From Ignavibacteria bacterium (lineage in GTDB: Bacteria; Bacteroidota; Ignavibacteria; Kapaibacteriales; UBA961), in the NCBI GenBank assembly GCA_947491315.1, contig CANLII010000003.1:7970-71969 (forward strand): a DNA stretch of 64,000 nucleotides, in the 5' to 3' direction. Made by a program: the position numbers and the translations under genes. Within the stretch, counting starts at the first letter, position 1. The number at the start of each line of letters is the position of its first letter. The notes beneath the pieces were generated by a model that saw only the letters and a program-made list of their open reading frames with translations, was not told where the DNA came from and searched no databases. Below are positions 29,145-39,477 of the stretch, in pieces.

Positions 29145-31334
29145 TCAATGTGCTCCGACCGCTTTGATGTCTTTGCCAAGACGCTGTAAATACGCAATCA
29201 ATGCAATGATTTCTTTGTTTGCATCAACAGGCATGGTCTTATTTTCAGGCAAATCATTGGCTATTTCTTCCGCTTGAGCTCTTGCTACTTTTTCAGCTTT
29301 TTGCTCCATGCCTTCGGGATAGGGGACGCCAAGTTTTCTCATGGTGATGATTTTCCCTTCCAATTCATGATACATTGTATTGTCCGTAAATAACCATGGA
29401 TATGCTGGCATGATGGTTCCTGGAGAAATTGTCTGTGGCTCCATCATATGCATATAATGCCATGCATGAGGGTATTTCCCACCAACTCTGTGAAGATCGG
29501 GACCTGTTCTTTTAGAACCCCAAAGGAATGGATGATCATACACAAATTCGCCTGCTTTTGAATATTCACCATATCGCTCTGTTTCTGAGCGGAATGGTCG
29601 AATCATTTGGGAATGACATCCTACGCATCCTTCGCGGATATAAATGTCACGACCTTGTAGCTCAAGCGGTGTATATGGTTTTACGGATGAAATGGACGGA
29701 ATATTAGATTGAATGATTGCCGTGGGAACATATTCGATGATTCCACCTATTAAAACTACAATGAGTGATAATACCGCAAAACGCAATGGTTTGGCTTCCA
29801 ATACTCTATGCCAATGCTTATGTGTTGTGGACACAGACTCAGCTAAAGGTGCGGACTTCACATGTTCATCAGTAAGCAATGAACCTGATTTTGCGGTTTT
29901 ATAAAGATTGTATGCTGCAACACATGCGCCGATAATATACAGTGTGCCACCCACGGCTCTGATCATATACATCGGAATCAATTGTGTGACTGTTTCAAGG
30001 AAATTCGCATATCGCAATGTGCCATCGGGAAGGAATTCTTTCCACATGAGCGATTGCATGATTCCGCCGATATACATCGGAATTGCATAAAATAAAATAC
30101 CGAGTGTCGCGGCCCAAAAATGAATATTGGCCAATTTCAAAGAATAGAGTTTTGTGCGGTAGATTCTTGGAATGATATAATATAACATGCCATATGCCAA
30201 TCCGCCATTCCAAGCAAGCGCACCAAGATGAACATGAGCGATGATATAGTCAGTGTAATGAGCAATTGCATTTACATTTTTCAATGACATCATTGGTCCT
30301 TCAAATGTACTCATGCCATATGCTGTTACTCCAACCACCATGAATTTCAATACGGGGTCTTCACGCACTTTGTCCCAAGCTCCCCGTAGAGTTAATAATC
30401 CATTCACCATTCCACCCCAAGAAGGTGCAATAAGCATGATTGAAAAGACGGTTCCAAGAGATTGTGCCCAATCCGGAAGTGCAGTATACAATAAGTGATG
30501 AGGTCCTGCCCAGATATAGAGAAAGATCAATGCCCAGAAATGCACGATGGACAATCGATAAGAAAAGACCGGTCTATTCGCCGCCTTGGGAATGAAATAA
30601 TACATGATCCCCAAAAATGGTGTCGTCAAGAAAAATGCAACGGCATTATGTCCATACCACCACTGCACCAATGCATCTTGCACGCCGGCATAGAAAGAAT
30701 AACTTTTCAAAAGTGATACTGGCAATTCAAATGAGTTAACGATATGGAGCAGTGCAACGGTGAGGAATGTGGCGATATAAAACCAAATCGATACGAACAT
30801 GTGTTTTTCTCTTCTTTTGAAGATGGTCCCCATCATATTCCATCCGAAAATCACCCAGACTGCGGCAATGGCTATATCAATTGGCCATTCCAATTCTGCA
30901 TATTCTTTGCTCGTTGTGAATCCGAGAGGAAGTGTCAATGCGGCACTGACAATGATTAATTGCCATCCCCAGAAATGTACTTTGCTCAATGTATCAGAGT
31001 ACATTCTTGCTTTTGTCAATCTCTGCAATGAATAATATACCCCCATGAACATTGCATTGCCTGCAAAAGCAAAGATCACCGAATTTGTATGCAATGGTCT
31101 CAAACGGCCATATGATAACTCAGGAATGAATCCGAGAAAATCCGGCCACACTAATTTCAATGCGACGATGAGCCCAACAAGAAATCCGACTATTGACCAA
31201 ATTGTGGTGGCCCACGCAAAATTTTTGACAATGGCATTGTCATAAGCAAAGGATTCGAGGGTGCTTCGCCCCGATATTTCTTGAGAAGTACCTTCCGGGA
31301 ACGATGAGTGTTCACTTTCATTGCTCATTCCCAT
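29145..31334 (-). CDS. ccoN: cbb3-type cytochrome c oxidase fused subunits I/II (CcoN-CcoO)
   Basis: RLRPLHT, QWWYGHNAV, WAGPHHL, AHVHLG (CcoN); EGCVGCHSQMIRP, WGSKRTGPDL (CcoO). Confidence 0.97.
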   Translation of the reverse strand: MGMSNESEHSSFPEGTSQEISGRSTLESFAYDNAIVKNFAWATTIWSIVGFLVGLIVALKLVWPDFLGFIPELSYGRLRPLHTNSVIFAFAGNAMFMGVYYSLQRLTKARMYSDTLSKVHFWGWQLIIVSAALTLPLGFTTSKEYAELEWPIDIAIAAVWVIFGWNMMGTIFKRREKHMFVSIWFYIATFLTVALLHIVNSFELPVSLLKSYSFYAGVQDALVQWWYGHNAVAFFLTTPFLGIMYYFIPKAANRPVFSYRLSIVHFWALIFLYIWAGPHHLLYTALPDWAQSLGTVFSIMLIAPSWGGMVNGLLTLRGAWDKVREDPVLKFMVVGVTAYGMSTFEGPMMSLKNVNAIAHYTDYIIAHVHLGALAWNGGLAYGMLYYIIPRIYRTKLYSLKLANIHFWAATLGILFYAIPMYIGGIMQSLMWKEFLPDGTLRYANFLETVTQLIPMYMIRAVGGTLYIIGACVAAYNLYKTAKSGSLLTDEHVKSAPLAESVSTTHKHWHRVLEAKPLRFAVLSLIVVLIGGIIEYVPTAIIQSNIPSISSVKPYTPLELQGRDIYIREGCVGCHSQMIRPFRSETERYGEYSKAGEFVYDHPFLWGSKRTGPDLHRVGGKYPHAWHYMHMMEPQTISPGTIMPAYPWLFTDNTMYHELEGKIITMRKLGVPYPEGMEQKAEKVARAQAEEIANDLPENKTMPVDANKEIIALIAYLQRLGKDIKAVGAH

Positions 31335-31425
31335 CTCCTTGACATAGTTGATAGACTAGATGATCTGTTTGAATACAGTCACTTTTCGAACATGTCAAAA
31401 TTGGGGTCTTGCGATTCCGGAAACA

Positions 31426-31439
31426 ATGATATTTGTCAT
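31426..31439. promoter_or_regulatory. Putative Fnr/Crp-family box upstream of ccoNO
   Basis: Near-palindrome ATGAC-AAAT-ATCAT on the minus strand resembling TTGAT-N4-ATCAA, upstream of a CAATTTTG -7-like element. Confidence 0.5.
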
Positions 31440-31440
31440 A

Positions 31441-32001
31441 TTAAATGGATTGAATCCACTTAGGTGAGAGTGTGAGAATATGGGAGTGTACAGAACATTT
31501 CGAATGATGAGCCCCGGGCAAATAACTTGTGCTCATCAAGAATTCATTCACAATTTCCCCGCCTGTGAATGTGAAGGTATGTTTGAAGAGCTTTGTCCAT
31601 TCTTCTCGATTATTGGAAATATGCGCATCCAGCCAATACATGAATGAGCCATATTCTTTTTGCAAGTGTAGTATTTGACCTGCATTGTGAATCACGGCTT
31701 TGATTTTTGCTCTATTGCGAATGATGGATGCATCTCCAAGTAAACGCTCGATATCTTGTTCCCCATACCTTGCAATTGTTGCAATATCGAATCCCTCAAA
31801 CGCTTCTCTAAAATGATATCGTTTTTTGAGAATGGTCAGCCAAGAAAGTCCTGCTTGATTGATTTCCAAACATAATCGTTCAAACAGTGCATTGTCCGAA
31901 TCCAATGGATAACCATATTCTGCATCATGATATGCTATATGCAATGGAGAACAATGCTCTTGAAGTATGTAGTCGCAATAAGATGGAGTGCTTGCATTCA
32001 T
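31441..32001 (-). CDS. tag: DNA-3-methyladenine glycosylase I
   Basis: YHDAEYG, LFERLCLEINQAGLSW.TILKK, IIRNRAKI, GAHHSKC. Confidence 0.94.
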   Translation of the reverse strand: MNASTPSYCDYILQEHCSPLHIAYHDAEYGYPLDSDNALFERLCLEINQAGLSWLTILKKRYHFREAFEGFDIATIARYGEQDIERLLGDASIIRNRAKIKAVIHNAGQILHLQKEYGSFMYWLDAHISNNREEWTKLFKHTFTFTGGEIVNEFLMSTSYLPGAHHSKCSVHSHILTLSPKWIQSI

Positions 32002-32045
32002 GGCACATAGCCCCTTTTTTTACGCAGTGAATGCCGAGAAACGAG

Positions 32046-32118
<73 letters not shown>

Positions 32119-32128
32119 GGTCATACAA

Positions 32129-32941
32129 TCAATTGAATAATCCAATCATGAAGCCAAGTTGAAATGCTAAACCTGATGCTCCAATTCCGGAAGAAACATT
32201 ATTGACAGTTGCCTTGCCATTTTCCTTCCAATCTCCCATGAAACTCAATGCATATCCCGCATGAGCACGAACAGTAACGATTCTTGGTTTGTCGCTTCCA
32301 AGCAATGCCGGAGCAAATTCAATGCTCAGTCCGGGATTGATTATGAAATAATTATTTCTCAAGGTATGATTGAATACATTTACATCATTTGGACTACCAC
32401 CAATTGTATTATTAGATGTCTCAATGCCTTTCGCATATTGATTCGTGGTAATTTCCATTGTGCCCCAACCTCCGGAAACTCCCGGAATGAGATACAATGA
32501 TTTTGCCAAGGAAAATGCATAGTCAAAGCCAAATCCTGTATATGCATTGGACAAAGAAGCAGAGCGCAAATACTCTTTTTGATTGATCGTAAATTCTGTT
32601 TCGGCAGTACTGATGTCTCCGCCGAGATTTGAAATAGAAATACGAACATTCGGAAGTATGCCTATTGTGGCTACGCCAATTGCACCGGTCATTGTAAGAG
32701 GTGTGGTTAATTCACTGAGTCCTGCAGTGGAAAGTTGTGCATTCACATCTTTCAAATCGGGAGTAAAGAGGGAAACCACAAAACCACCACCCACGCCGAA
32801 GTATGGTACTTTCTCTTCTTGAATGACAGTTTCTTCGAATGTCAATTCATCCAATCTGTCATCCTGTGCTTTGAGTGAAGCGATGCATGTACATAGCATG
32901 GCAAGCACAATCATGGAGTTCTTGAATATATTCATGGTCAT
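32129..32941 (-). CDS. Hypothetical outer-membrane beta-barrel protein
   Basis: Signal peptide (..ASLKA|QDD), Gly/aromatic beta-strands, C-terminal FQLGFMIGLFN; TATTTTTG element at 32983-32990. Confidence 0.65.
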   Translation of the reverse strand: MTMNIFKNSMIVLAMLCTCIASLKAQDDRLDELTFEETVIQEEKVPYFGVGGGFVVSLFTPDLKDVNAQLSTAGLSELTTPLTMTGAIGVATIGILPNVRISISNLGGDISTAETEFTINQKEYLRSASLSNAYTGFGFDYAFSLAKSLYLIPGVSGGWGTMEITTNQYAKGIETSNNTIGGSPNDVNVFNHTLRNNYFIINPGLSIEFAPALLGSDKPRIVTVRAHAGYALSFMGDWKENGKATVNNVSSGIGASGLAFQLGFMIGLFN

Positions 32942-33023
32942 TGGAAAGTATGGTACAATCGCATTCCGCTTAATAGAGCATGCAAAAATAAGGAATTCTT
33001 GGAAAGTATACCGAATAAGCTTG

Positions 33024-33806
33024 TCATTGTCCTGAAAATTGTGCGGGTCTCTTTTCCAAAAATGCCAATGTACCCTCTTTGAAATCATGAGTTCCACATA
33101 TATCTCCAAAAATAATCGCCTCGCTTTCCATTCCTTCTTGCGTACCCAAGTCTTCTGCGGCTCTTATTGCTTTCAAACTTGCGGAAATCGCCAATGGCGC
33201 TTTTGATACTATTAATTCGGCAATCTTCATGCATTCATCAATGAGCGTTTCGGATGAAAAAACCTTATTGACAAGACCAATTCTCAAAGCTTCTTCTGAA
33301 TCAATGATGGCTCCGCTCAAGATTAATTCCATGGATTGTGCTCTTCCAACCAATGTTGTGAGTCTTTGTGTGCCACCATAACCAGGAATGATGCCAAGAT
33401 TTACTTCGGGTTGACCAAATTTTGCTTGAGGAGCGGCAAATCTCATATGACAAGCCAATGCTAATTCGCAACCTCCACCCAATGCAAATCCATTGACTGC
33501 AGCAATGACGGGCTTATTCAAATATTCCAATTCAGTGAAGATTGATTGGCCAAAGCGGGCAAAATCGGCACCTGTTTCAGCATTCTGCTTATGTAATTGT
33601 GCGATGTCTGCACCGGCTGCAAAAGCTTTTGGTCCTGCACCGGTAATAATAATAGCACGACAAAGTTCTGAATTTGCACAAAATTGGAGCGCTTTTTGCA
33701 GCTCAGTCAATAAGATTGCATTTAAGGCGTTTAATTTGTCCGGTCTATTCAGAGTGATAAGGCAAACATGGCCTTTTTCTTCAAGAATGATGGTTTCATA
33801 GTTCAT
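33024..33806 (-). CDS. Enoyl-CoA hydratase/crotonase
   Basis: LNRPDKLNAL, FAAGADI, AAVNGFALGGGCELALAC, PEVNLGIIPGYGGTQRL. Confidence 0.95.
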   Translation of the reverse strand: MNYETIILEEKGHVCLITLNRPDKLNALNAILLTELQKALQFCANSELCRAIIITGAGPKAFAAGADIAQLHKQNAETGADFARFGQSIFTELEYLNKPVIAAVNGFALGGGCELALACHMRFAAPQAKFGQPEVNLGIIPGYGGTQRLTTLVGRAQSMELILSGAIIDSEEALRIGLVNKVFSSETLIDECMKIAELIVSKAPLAISASLKAIRAAEDLGTQEGMESEAIIFGDICGTHDFKEGTLAFLEKRPAQFSGQ

Positions 33807-33897
33807 GATAATGATCCGAGACTGATAGAATCGTACTTTTAAAGGCGCAATTTACCATTTTCCGCCTTGCATTGATATTCGATAATTGAGAGAAAAT

Positions 33898-35418
33898 ATG
33901 CGTAAACACTTCAAATATGTATGGCTCATTTGGTTATTGGCGATTACCATGCTGATTCCCATGAATGATACTTCTGCGGCTTCTAGAAAAAAAGGAAAAT
34001 CTTCTTCCTCACGAACCGTGAAGAAAAAGTCAGGAAAAAGCTCTAAAAAGTCATCTTCGAAACAATCCAAAAAATCCAAAAAAGGAAAAAAATCCAGAAA
34101 AGGAAAAGGAAAGAAATCATCTAACTCAAATCACAATCAACTTGTCTCAATCAATGGAAGGCAGAATTTCATTGAGGATATAATGATTGCTCCGGGACTT
34201 CGATATATGCATTTTCTTTATGGTCCTTTGAAACATCCGGTATATGCCGTTGAAATGGATGCAAATGATCCTTCACTAAAAGTTGGCGTCATAAAAGGAA
34301 ATAATAAGAATGATGGTCTCGAAAGAATAGGTGATATGTTCAATAGAATTGATTCAACCGTTAGAGACAGTTTGCTTTCAGCGGTAAATGCAAATTTTTG
34401 GCGTGCTTATCGCAATACTGCAATTGGACCATTGGTTTTGAATGGCGAAGTGATTCAAATGGGTAATGAGAAGAATTGGACAAGTGCATTCTTTGACGCC
34501 AAGAATAAAATGTATATCGGAAAATATGATTTGCAAGGTGTCATCAGAACTGAGAAAGGTGAAACATATCGCATCGCTTTCACCAATGAAAGACCAAGCA
34601 TGGATGGTATTGCATTGTATAATCTCTATGGTGGAAATTCGATTCCTCATGTGCCGAATATGCAAGTGGACAAAGCGGCAGAGGATTTCTTGGAAAATAG
34701 GCCGCAGTCTGCAGAAGACTCAACGGAAGAAGAACTTGATATGGAACAATTGAAAGCTGAATTGGCTGAAATGAAGAGACAATCCAATATTGAATATCCA
34801 TTGATCAAAGTGCAAGTACGCTTTCTGCGCTCACCATCGGTGAATAAGGAAGTTCCTTGCTTGGTCAATGCTGTGGATACAGGAACTGTGGCAATGCCGC
34901 TTCGAGGTGCTATCATTTCTTTGGGTAGAGACTTTCTCTCCGGAAAGTTACCGGTGGCTGGGGATACTCTATTTATCAAGTATTATACGAGCGAGAGTGA
35001 TACGATGCCTTTTGTTCAAGCGGTTTGTGGCACTCCGAGATTAATGGAAGCCGGTGAATTGCGTACGCAAGGAGTGAGTGAAGGTGCGAGAAATAGCAGA
35101 TTTATCGGACATAATCTTCCGAGAACAGCAGTGGGAACAAATACGCTAAAGACAAAGAATTGGCTTGTTCTTGTTGACCCATCAGGCAAGGGAAGGGGAG
35201 CAACATTGGATCAAATGGGTGCAATCATGAAGAAGCTTGGAGCACATGATGCTCTTAATCTCGATGGTGGAGGTTCTTCCATGATGATGGTTTGCGGTGA
35301 GAATGTATGTACCAATTCCAGAGTGCCGACAGGCAGAAGGATATCATGCGCTTTGGCTGTATTCAGAAAACAGAAAGTATTGCGAGAACGATTGCAAGAA
35401 CAAAATCCGATAGAATAA
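33898..35418 (+). CDS. Phosphodiester glycosidase (NAGPA-like) family secreted protein with Lys/Ser-rich N-terminal tail
   Basis: Signal peptide, [23 protein letters not shown]. Confidence 0.85.
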   Translation: MRKHFKYVWLIWLLAITMLIPMNDTSAASRKKGKSSSSRTVKKKSGKSSKKSSSKQSKKSKKGKKSRKGKGKKSSNSNHNQLVSINGRQNFIEDIMIAPGLRYMHFLYGPLKHPVYAVEMDANDPSLKVGVIKGNNKNDGLERIGDMFNRIDSTVRDSLLSAVNANFWRAYRNTAIGPLVLNGEVIQMGNEKNWTSAFFDAKNKMYIGKYDLQGVIRTEKGETYRIAFTNERPSMDGIALYNLYGGNSIPHVPNMQVDKAAEDFLENRPQSAEDSTEEELDMEQLKAELAEMKRQSNIEYPLIKVQVRFLRSPSVNKEVPCLVNAVDTGTVAMPLRGAIISLGRDFLSGKLPVAGDTLFIKYYTSESDTMPFVQAVCGTPRLMEAGELRTQGVSEGARNSRFIGHNLPRTAVGTNTLKTKNWLVLVDPSGKGRGATLDQMGAIMKKLGAHDALNLDGGGSSMMMVCGENVCTNSRVPTGRRISCALAVFRKQKVLRERLQEQNPIE

Positions 35419-35456
35419 AAAAAGCGGGATGATCAAATGAGATCATCCCGCTTTTT
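35417..35456. terminator. Bidirectional intrinsic terminator
   Basis: AAAAAGCGGGATGATC/GATCATCCCGCTTTTT inverted repeat between convergent genes. Confidence 0.88.
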
Positions 35457-35471
35457 ATTTTTTATATTCTA

Positions 35472-36452
35472 TCAATAGGAATAGCGTTTTGCATCGCCGG
35501 TTGCAAGTGGTGCAAGATCGCGATGTTCGAGTCTGCGAACACCGATCAAGCGTGTGTCATAATAAGTACTTTCAAGTGAAGAAACCGTTACGCCATAGCG
35601 TGAACTCGCATGAGCGAAGAGATTATCTCCAAGATAAATACCGATATGTGATACATACACTTCTTTGCGTGTGTGGAAGAAAACCAAGTCGCCAAATTTC
35701 ATTTCTGATCTATTGCGAATAGGTCTTCCTACATTCCATTGTGTTGCAGCCGTTCTTGGGAGTGTGATGTCTCCCGCACCTGCAAACACAGCCCTTGTGA
35801 ATGCTGAACAATCAATTCCTGACTTAGAAGTACCACCGTACACATATGTGGTTCCTACCCAGTTCATGATTTCATCCATAATGGCCTTTCTAGCGATTCC
35901 ACCATCAGTCGTTTCATTCGATGTAGGATCATTTGGATCGCTGTCGATATATGAAAGCCATAATGAGCGGAATGCATCCATGTCAACTACAACATCGTCT
36001 TCTTCTTCAAGTTCGGATAAATCCTCACCTTCGGAAAGTATGTCGCCGGAAACGGCATCTGATGTAGTTAACTCACCTTGATCAATGTGAGTTGTATTGG
36101 ACTGTTGTTCTAAGAGAGCCTCGGCAATAGAGCCAGTATTCGTGGCATTGTCTGTTGTCGGGGTTAGGTCAGATTCCGATTGTAAACCGGCCAGTCTTGA
36201 CAAATCATCATTATTGTTGAGATAGTCGAAAGCAAGTCTCTTGCCTGCGACTTTATCACATTTTGTTTTTGAAACATGTACGATTTGATAACGCTTCTTT
36301 GATTTCTTTTTCTTAGAAGCTACTTGTTTCGTTACCTTTCGCTTACCCGATTTACTTCGGGCAGCATATGAGCTATTGGTTGGCAAAGCTAAAGCAATCA
36401 CGAAGAGAACCAAGCTGAGCCAGAAAGGTACGAGGGGTATGGACTTACGCAT
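35472..36452 (-). CDS. NlpC/P60 cell-wall peptidase
   Basis: YVYGG..GIDCSAFT, LPRTA..Q, GDLVFF, HIGIYLG..FAHASS. Confidence 0.93.
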   Translation of the reverse strand: MRKSIPLVPFWLSLVLFVIALALPTNSSYAARSKSGKRKVTKQVASKKKKSKKRYQIVHVSKTKCDKVAGKRLAFDYLNNNDDLSRLAGLQSESDLTPTTDNATNTGSIAEALLEQQSNTTHIDQGELTTSDAVSGDILSEGEDLSELEEEDDVVVDMDAFRSLWLSYIDSDPNDPTSNETTDGGIARKAIMDEIMNWVGTTYVYGGTSKSGIDCSAFTRAVFAGAGDITLPRTAATQWNVGRPIRNRSEMKFGDLVFFHTRKEVYVSHIGIYLGDNLFAHASSRYGVTVSSLESTYYDTRLIGVRRLEHRDLAPLATGDAKRYSY

Positions 36453-36566
36453 AATCACCTCTGATGTTGAAAAATTACCTTGTCTGGTTGTATGGTGCCG
36501 ATCCTGTGAGGAGGTATCGACGTTCTTCCGGGCGGCGCGTCTGTTGAGCCGATAGCGGAAGCTTAA

Positions 36567-38258
36567 TTAGCGTTCTCTGAAACGCACTCTTTCGAGTGAT
36601 ATTGTTCCAAAGACTCCCGGGCGGAGACCGATAACGGAAGTTTGTGCTAATCGATAGTTAACTGTATAATATAAAAACACCCAAGGAGCTTGCTCAATAA
36701 TGATGCGCTCCATTTCATTGTATGCATTGAATCTTTGTTCAGGTTTAATGCCCGGCCAAAGAGCCAATTCATACAGGGAATCAACACTTCGATGTGAAAA
36801 TCTTGTGTCATTCAGGCCTTTGGGTGAGACCATTTTCGAATAAAAAAGTGCGAGTACATTCTCCGGATCGGGATAATCCGCAATCCAATTCCCACGCCAG
36901 AAACCAATCTTCCCTGAATGCATCATAGATGAATGTTCGGGAAAATTGACCTGCCTTAAAGCGACTTTGATGCCGAACTTGAGCCATTGTTGTTGCAATG
37001 CCTCAACTACTTGCACTGTGGTCGCATTATTTCCGGATTGAAGTGTTATCTCAGGCAAACCTTGTCCGCCGGGATAACCTGCTTCCATCAATAATGCTTT
37101 TGCTTTGACAGGGTCATATGCATATCCTTTGACTTCATTCGAAAAGCCGGGCATTGTCGGGGATAAAGGTCCGTGCTCTGCAGGGATTCCCTTTCCTTTC
37201 AAGACATATTTGCAAAGCGCCTTGCGGTCAATTGCATAATTCAGAGCTTGTCTGATTGCTTTTGATTTCCACAATGGCAAGCGTGATGTTTCGGCATTTG
37301 CCGATTCTTCAAGCATTATTCCACAAAAGACTATGTCCTGTGCCTCTTCTCTATGAAGCGTGTGACTTGCATATGATTCAGTGAGTTTGTCATTATCAAA
37401 AACCTTCGGCAAAAAAATTGGATCTATGGAGAGAATCATATCGAGATTCCCATTATCGTATTCCAAAAATTCTGTTTTTGTGTCCTTGATGAATTCTACA
37501 ATGACTGTATCCAAATAGGGTAATCTCTGTCCGGATTCGTCAAACTCATGATACAATGAATTGCGCCTGAGCTCAATGAATCTGTCCTGCTCCCATCTGT
37601 GAAATGCAAATGGGCCAGTTCCTATCGGGTGATTTCCAAATGATGTGCCATACAATTGAATCGCTTCTTTCGGAACGATTCTGCAATAGGGCATTGTCAA
37701 TAAGGAAAGCAATGGTGCAAAAGGCTTGTTCAAAACCAGTGACACCGTGCTGTCATCAACAACTTTTAAACCTTCAATATGCCGATTGCTCTCTCCAAGC
37801 TTAGTGGCCTTGTGGAATTCCTCTGCACCGGAAAATCGGTCGCGAAAAATCCAAAAACCCGTGGTCTTCGTTCGAGCATCGCAAATCCGCTCAAAACTGA
37901 ATTTCACATCTTCTGCCTTGAATTTCCTCGTGAATGAGGGAGCTTTAAAGCATGAGTCTTTGTGAAATGAAATATCCGTACGAAGCGAGAATGTCCAAGT
38001 CAAACCTGTTTCATCAACAGTCCAAGACTTTGCAAGTCCCGGAATAATCGCTCCATTGGAATCCAATTTCACCAAAGTCTCAAAGATATGACCTCCAATA
38101 TGAATCGGTCCGGATATTCCGGCCATTGCGGGGTCAAGAGTTGTTAAACCCTGTGGTTCATTATAGGTGAATGTCGCATCTTTTTTAGTGACTGCATCTC
38201 CGCAAGAAGCGAATGATACAGTGCCTAGTATGATGCAAATCTGTATTCCTATTTTCAA
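36567..38258 (-). CDS. ABC transporter substrate-binding lipoprotein (family 5, peptide/nickel)
   Basis: Lipobox FASC, TLDPA, PGLAKSW, PIGTGPF, RQALNYAIDR, WIADYPDPEN; start uncertain (TTG 38258 chosen). Confidence 0.9.
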   Translation of the reverse strand: MKIGIQICIILGTVSFASCGDAVTKKDATFTYNEPQGLTTLDPAMAGISGPIHIGGHIFETLVKLDSNGAIIPGLAKSWTVDETGLTWTFSLRTDISFHKDSCFKAPSFTRKFKAEDVKFSFERICDARTKTTGFWIFRDRFSGAEEFHKATKLGESNRHIEGLKVVDDSTVSLVLNKPFAPLLSLLTMPYCRIVPKEAIQLYGTSFGNHPIGTGPFAFHRWEQDRFIELRRNSLYHEFDESGQRLPYLDTVIVEFIKDTKTEFLEYDNGNLDMILSIDPIFLPKVFDNDKLTESYASHTLHREEAQDIVFCGIMLEESANAETSRLPLWKSKAIRQALNYAIDRKALCKYVLKGKGIPAEHGPLSPTMPGFSNEVKGYAYDPVKAKALLMEAGYPGGQGLPEITLQSGNNATTVQVVEALQQQWLKFGIKVALRQVNFPEHSSMMHSGKIGFWRGNWIADYPDPENVLALFYSKMVSPKGLNDTRFSHRSVDSLYELALWPGIKPEQRFNAYNEMERIIIEQAPWVFLYYTVNYRLAQTSVIGLRPGVFGTISLERVRFRER

Positions 38259-38559
38259 AGAACTATCTGCTTCATGGAAGAAACAGTCTTTCAGTTTACG
38301 AAGAAAGTATGTAAACCAAGAGGGTGCAACTAAAGAATTTTTTATCACATAGCCAAGTAAATCAAGAACTTGCATCATTTTGAAGGGTAAATTGAGTATA
38401 AATGAACAAAGTGGTGTCAATCGTTACAACTCGTTCGCTTTCAATTAATTATGGAAAAATATCGCAAAATAGTTTATGGCGATTTTTGCGATTAAAGTTT
38501 TTTTCAAAGTGTGGAAAAAAACTGACATATCGGGTATCGGAAAGGCATATTTTTGCCAG

Positions 38560-39105
38560 ATGAAGATGTCCTCACTACAAAAATCACTCTTTGCGAGTTT
38601 CTTGTTTTTCGTCTCACTCTGGTTTGGCGGTGGTTTAATTCGCACAGCCATTGGTTTTGATGTATTCCTACCCGGAACATTGGATATCAAACCATTTTTA
38701 CATCAAGAACAAATTAACTATTCTCTTCGATTGATGGGAATCACTGCGTATTATACCATCACGGGATATGTTCTTGGTTTTTTGAGTGCTTTGATCCTCA
38801 TGTTTACGCTTATTGGAAATATCAAGAAGAGAGGTTGGCTATTTATGGGCGCAATGTTGTTTTTCCTATTTGCACCCTATGAATTCTATCTTGCTTGGCT
38901 TGATCTTCAATTGATTTATCGTGTCAATGCAATTGATTTTGTAAATTTGCTCAAGGACGATGGTTTACTGATACTGTTCAAACAGCGCTTCCATCCATGG
39001 ATGACGGCAATTGGTTTCCTCTCCTTACTCTCCTATATCACCGCTCTTCTCTTTTTGGCGTGGCAGCCGCTGAAAGCACATGAGAAAGCGGAACATGTAC
39101 AATGA
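38560..39105 (+). CDS. Hypothetical membrane protein (about 4 TM helices)
   Basis: Hydrophobic helices; TATTTTTG element at 38548-38555. Confidence 0.7.
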   Translation: MKMSSLQKSLFASFLFFVSLWFGGGLIRTAIGFDVFLPGTLDIKPFLHQEQINYSLRLMGITAYYTITGYVLGFLSALILMFTLIGNIKKRGWLFMGAMLFFLFAPYEFYLAWLDLQLIYRVNAIDFVNLLKDDGLLILFKQRFHPWMTAIGFLSLLSYITALLFLAWQPLKAHEKAEHVQ

Positions 39106-39122
39106 TTTTTCATTGAAAAACC

Positions 39123-39419
39123 GTGAAACTACAAAGCATACTAGATGACATGCTCACATTGGCGCATGATCTGAATTACTCTGTTCGCAGAGAAAAGGGA
39201 AATTTTCGTGGCGGAGATTGTCGTGTTAATGATGATCGGTATATAGTCCTGAATTCACTGATTCCATTAGAATCTCGGATAGTATTACTGGCAAGAATCT
39301 TGGCCAAACATGACTTGAAGAATATGAGTGTCAGGCCTGCTGTGAAAGCCATGATTGAGAAAGAAAAGGGAAAAGATGATACGGGTCATACTATTGAAAT
39401 GGAATTTTCTACTGAATAA
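39123..39419 (+). CDS. Conserved hypothetical small protein
   Basis: VRREKGNFRGGDC..IVLN; followed by a terminator. Confidence 0.65.
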   Translation: MKLQSILDDMLTLAHDLNYSVRREKGNFRGGDCRVNDDRYIVLNSLIPLESRIVLLARILAKHDLKNMSVRPAVKAMIEKEKGKDDTGHTIEMEFSTE

Positions 39420-39421
39420 TG

Positions 39422-39460
39422 AAAAAGCCCCAATGAGTCCATTTGCTCTTAGGGGCTTTT
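39422..39460. terminator. Bidirectional intrinsic terminator
   Basis: AAAAAGCCCC...GGGGCTTTTT between convergent genes. Confidence 0.8.
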
Positions 39461-39477
39461 TGATGTCATTCTATGTA

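Noticed and set aside
33980..34125. Tandem repeat or CRISPR-like periodicity
   Set aside because: A-rich low complexity arising from Lys/Ser codons; there are no identical repeats with spacers.
36459..36566. c-di-AMP (ydaO) riboswitch before NlpC/P60
   Set aside because: The conserved GCUGAAUCC, GGGGGACC and GUCAGCUAAC-type elements are absent.
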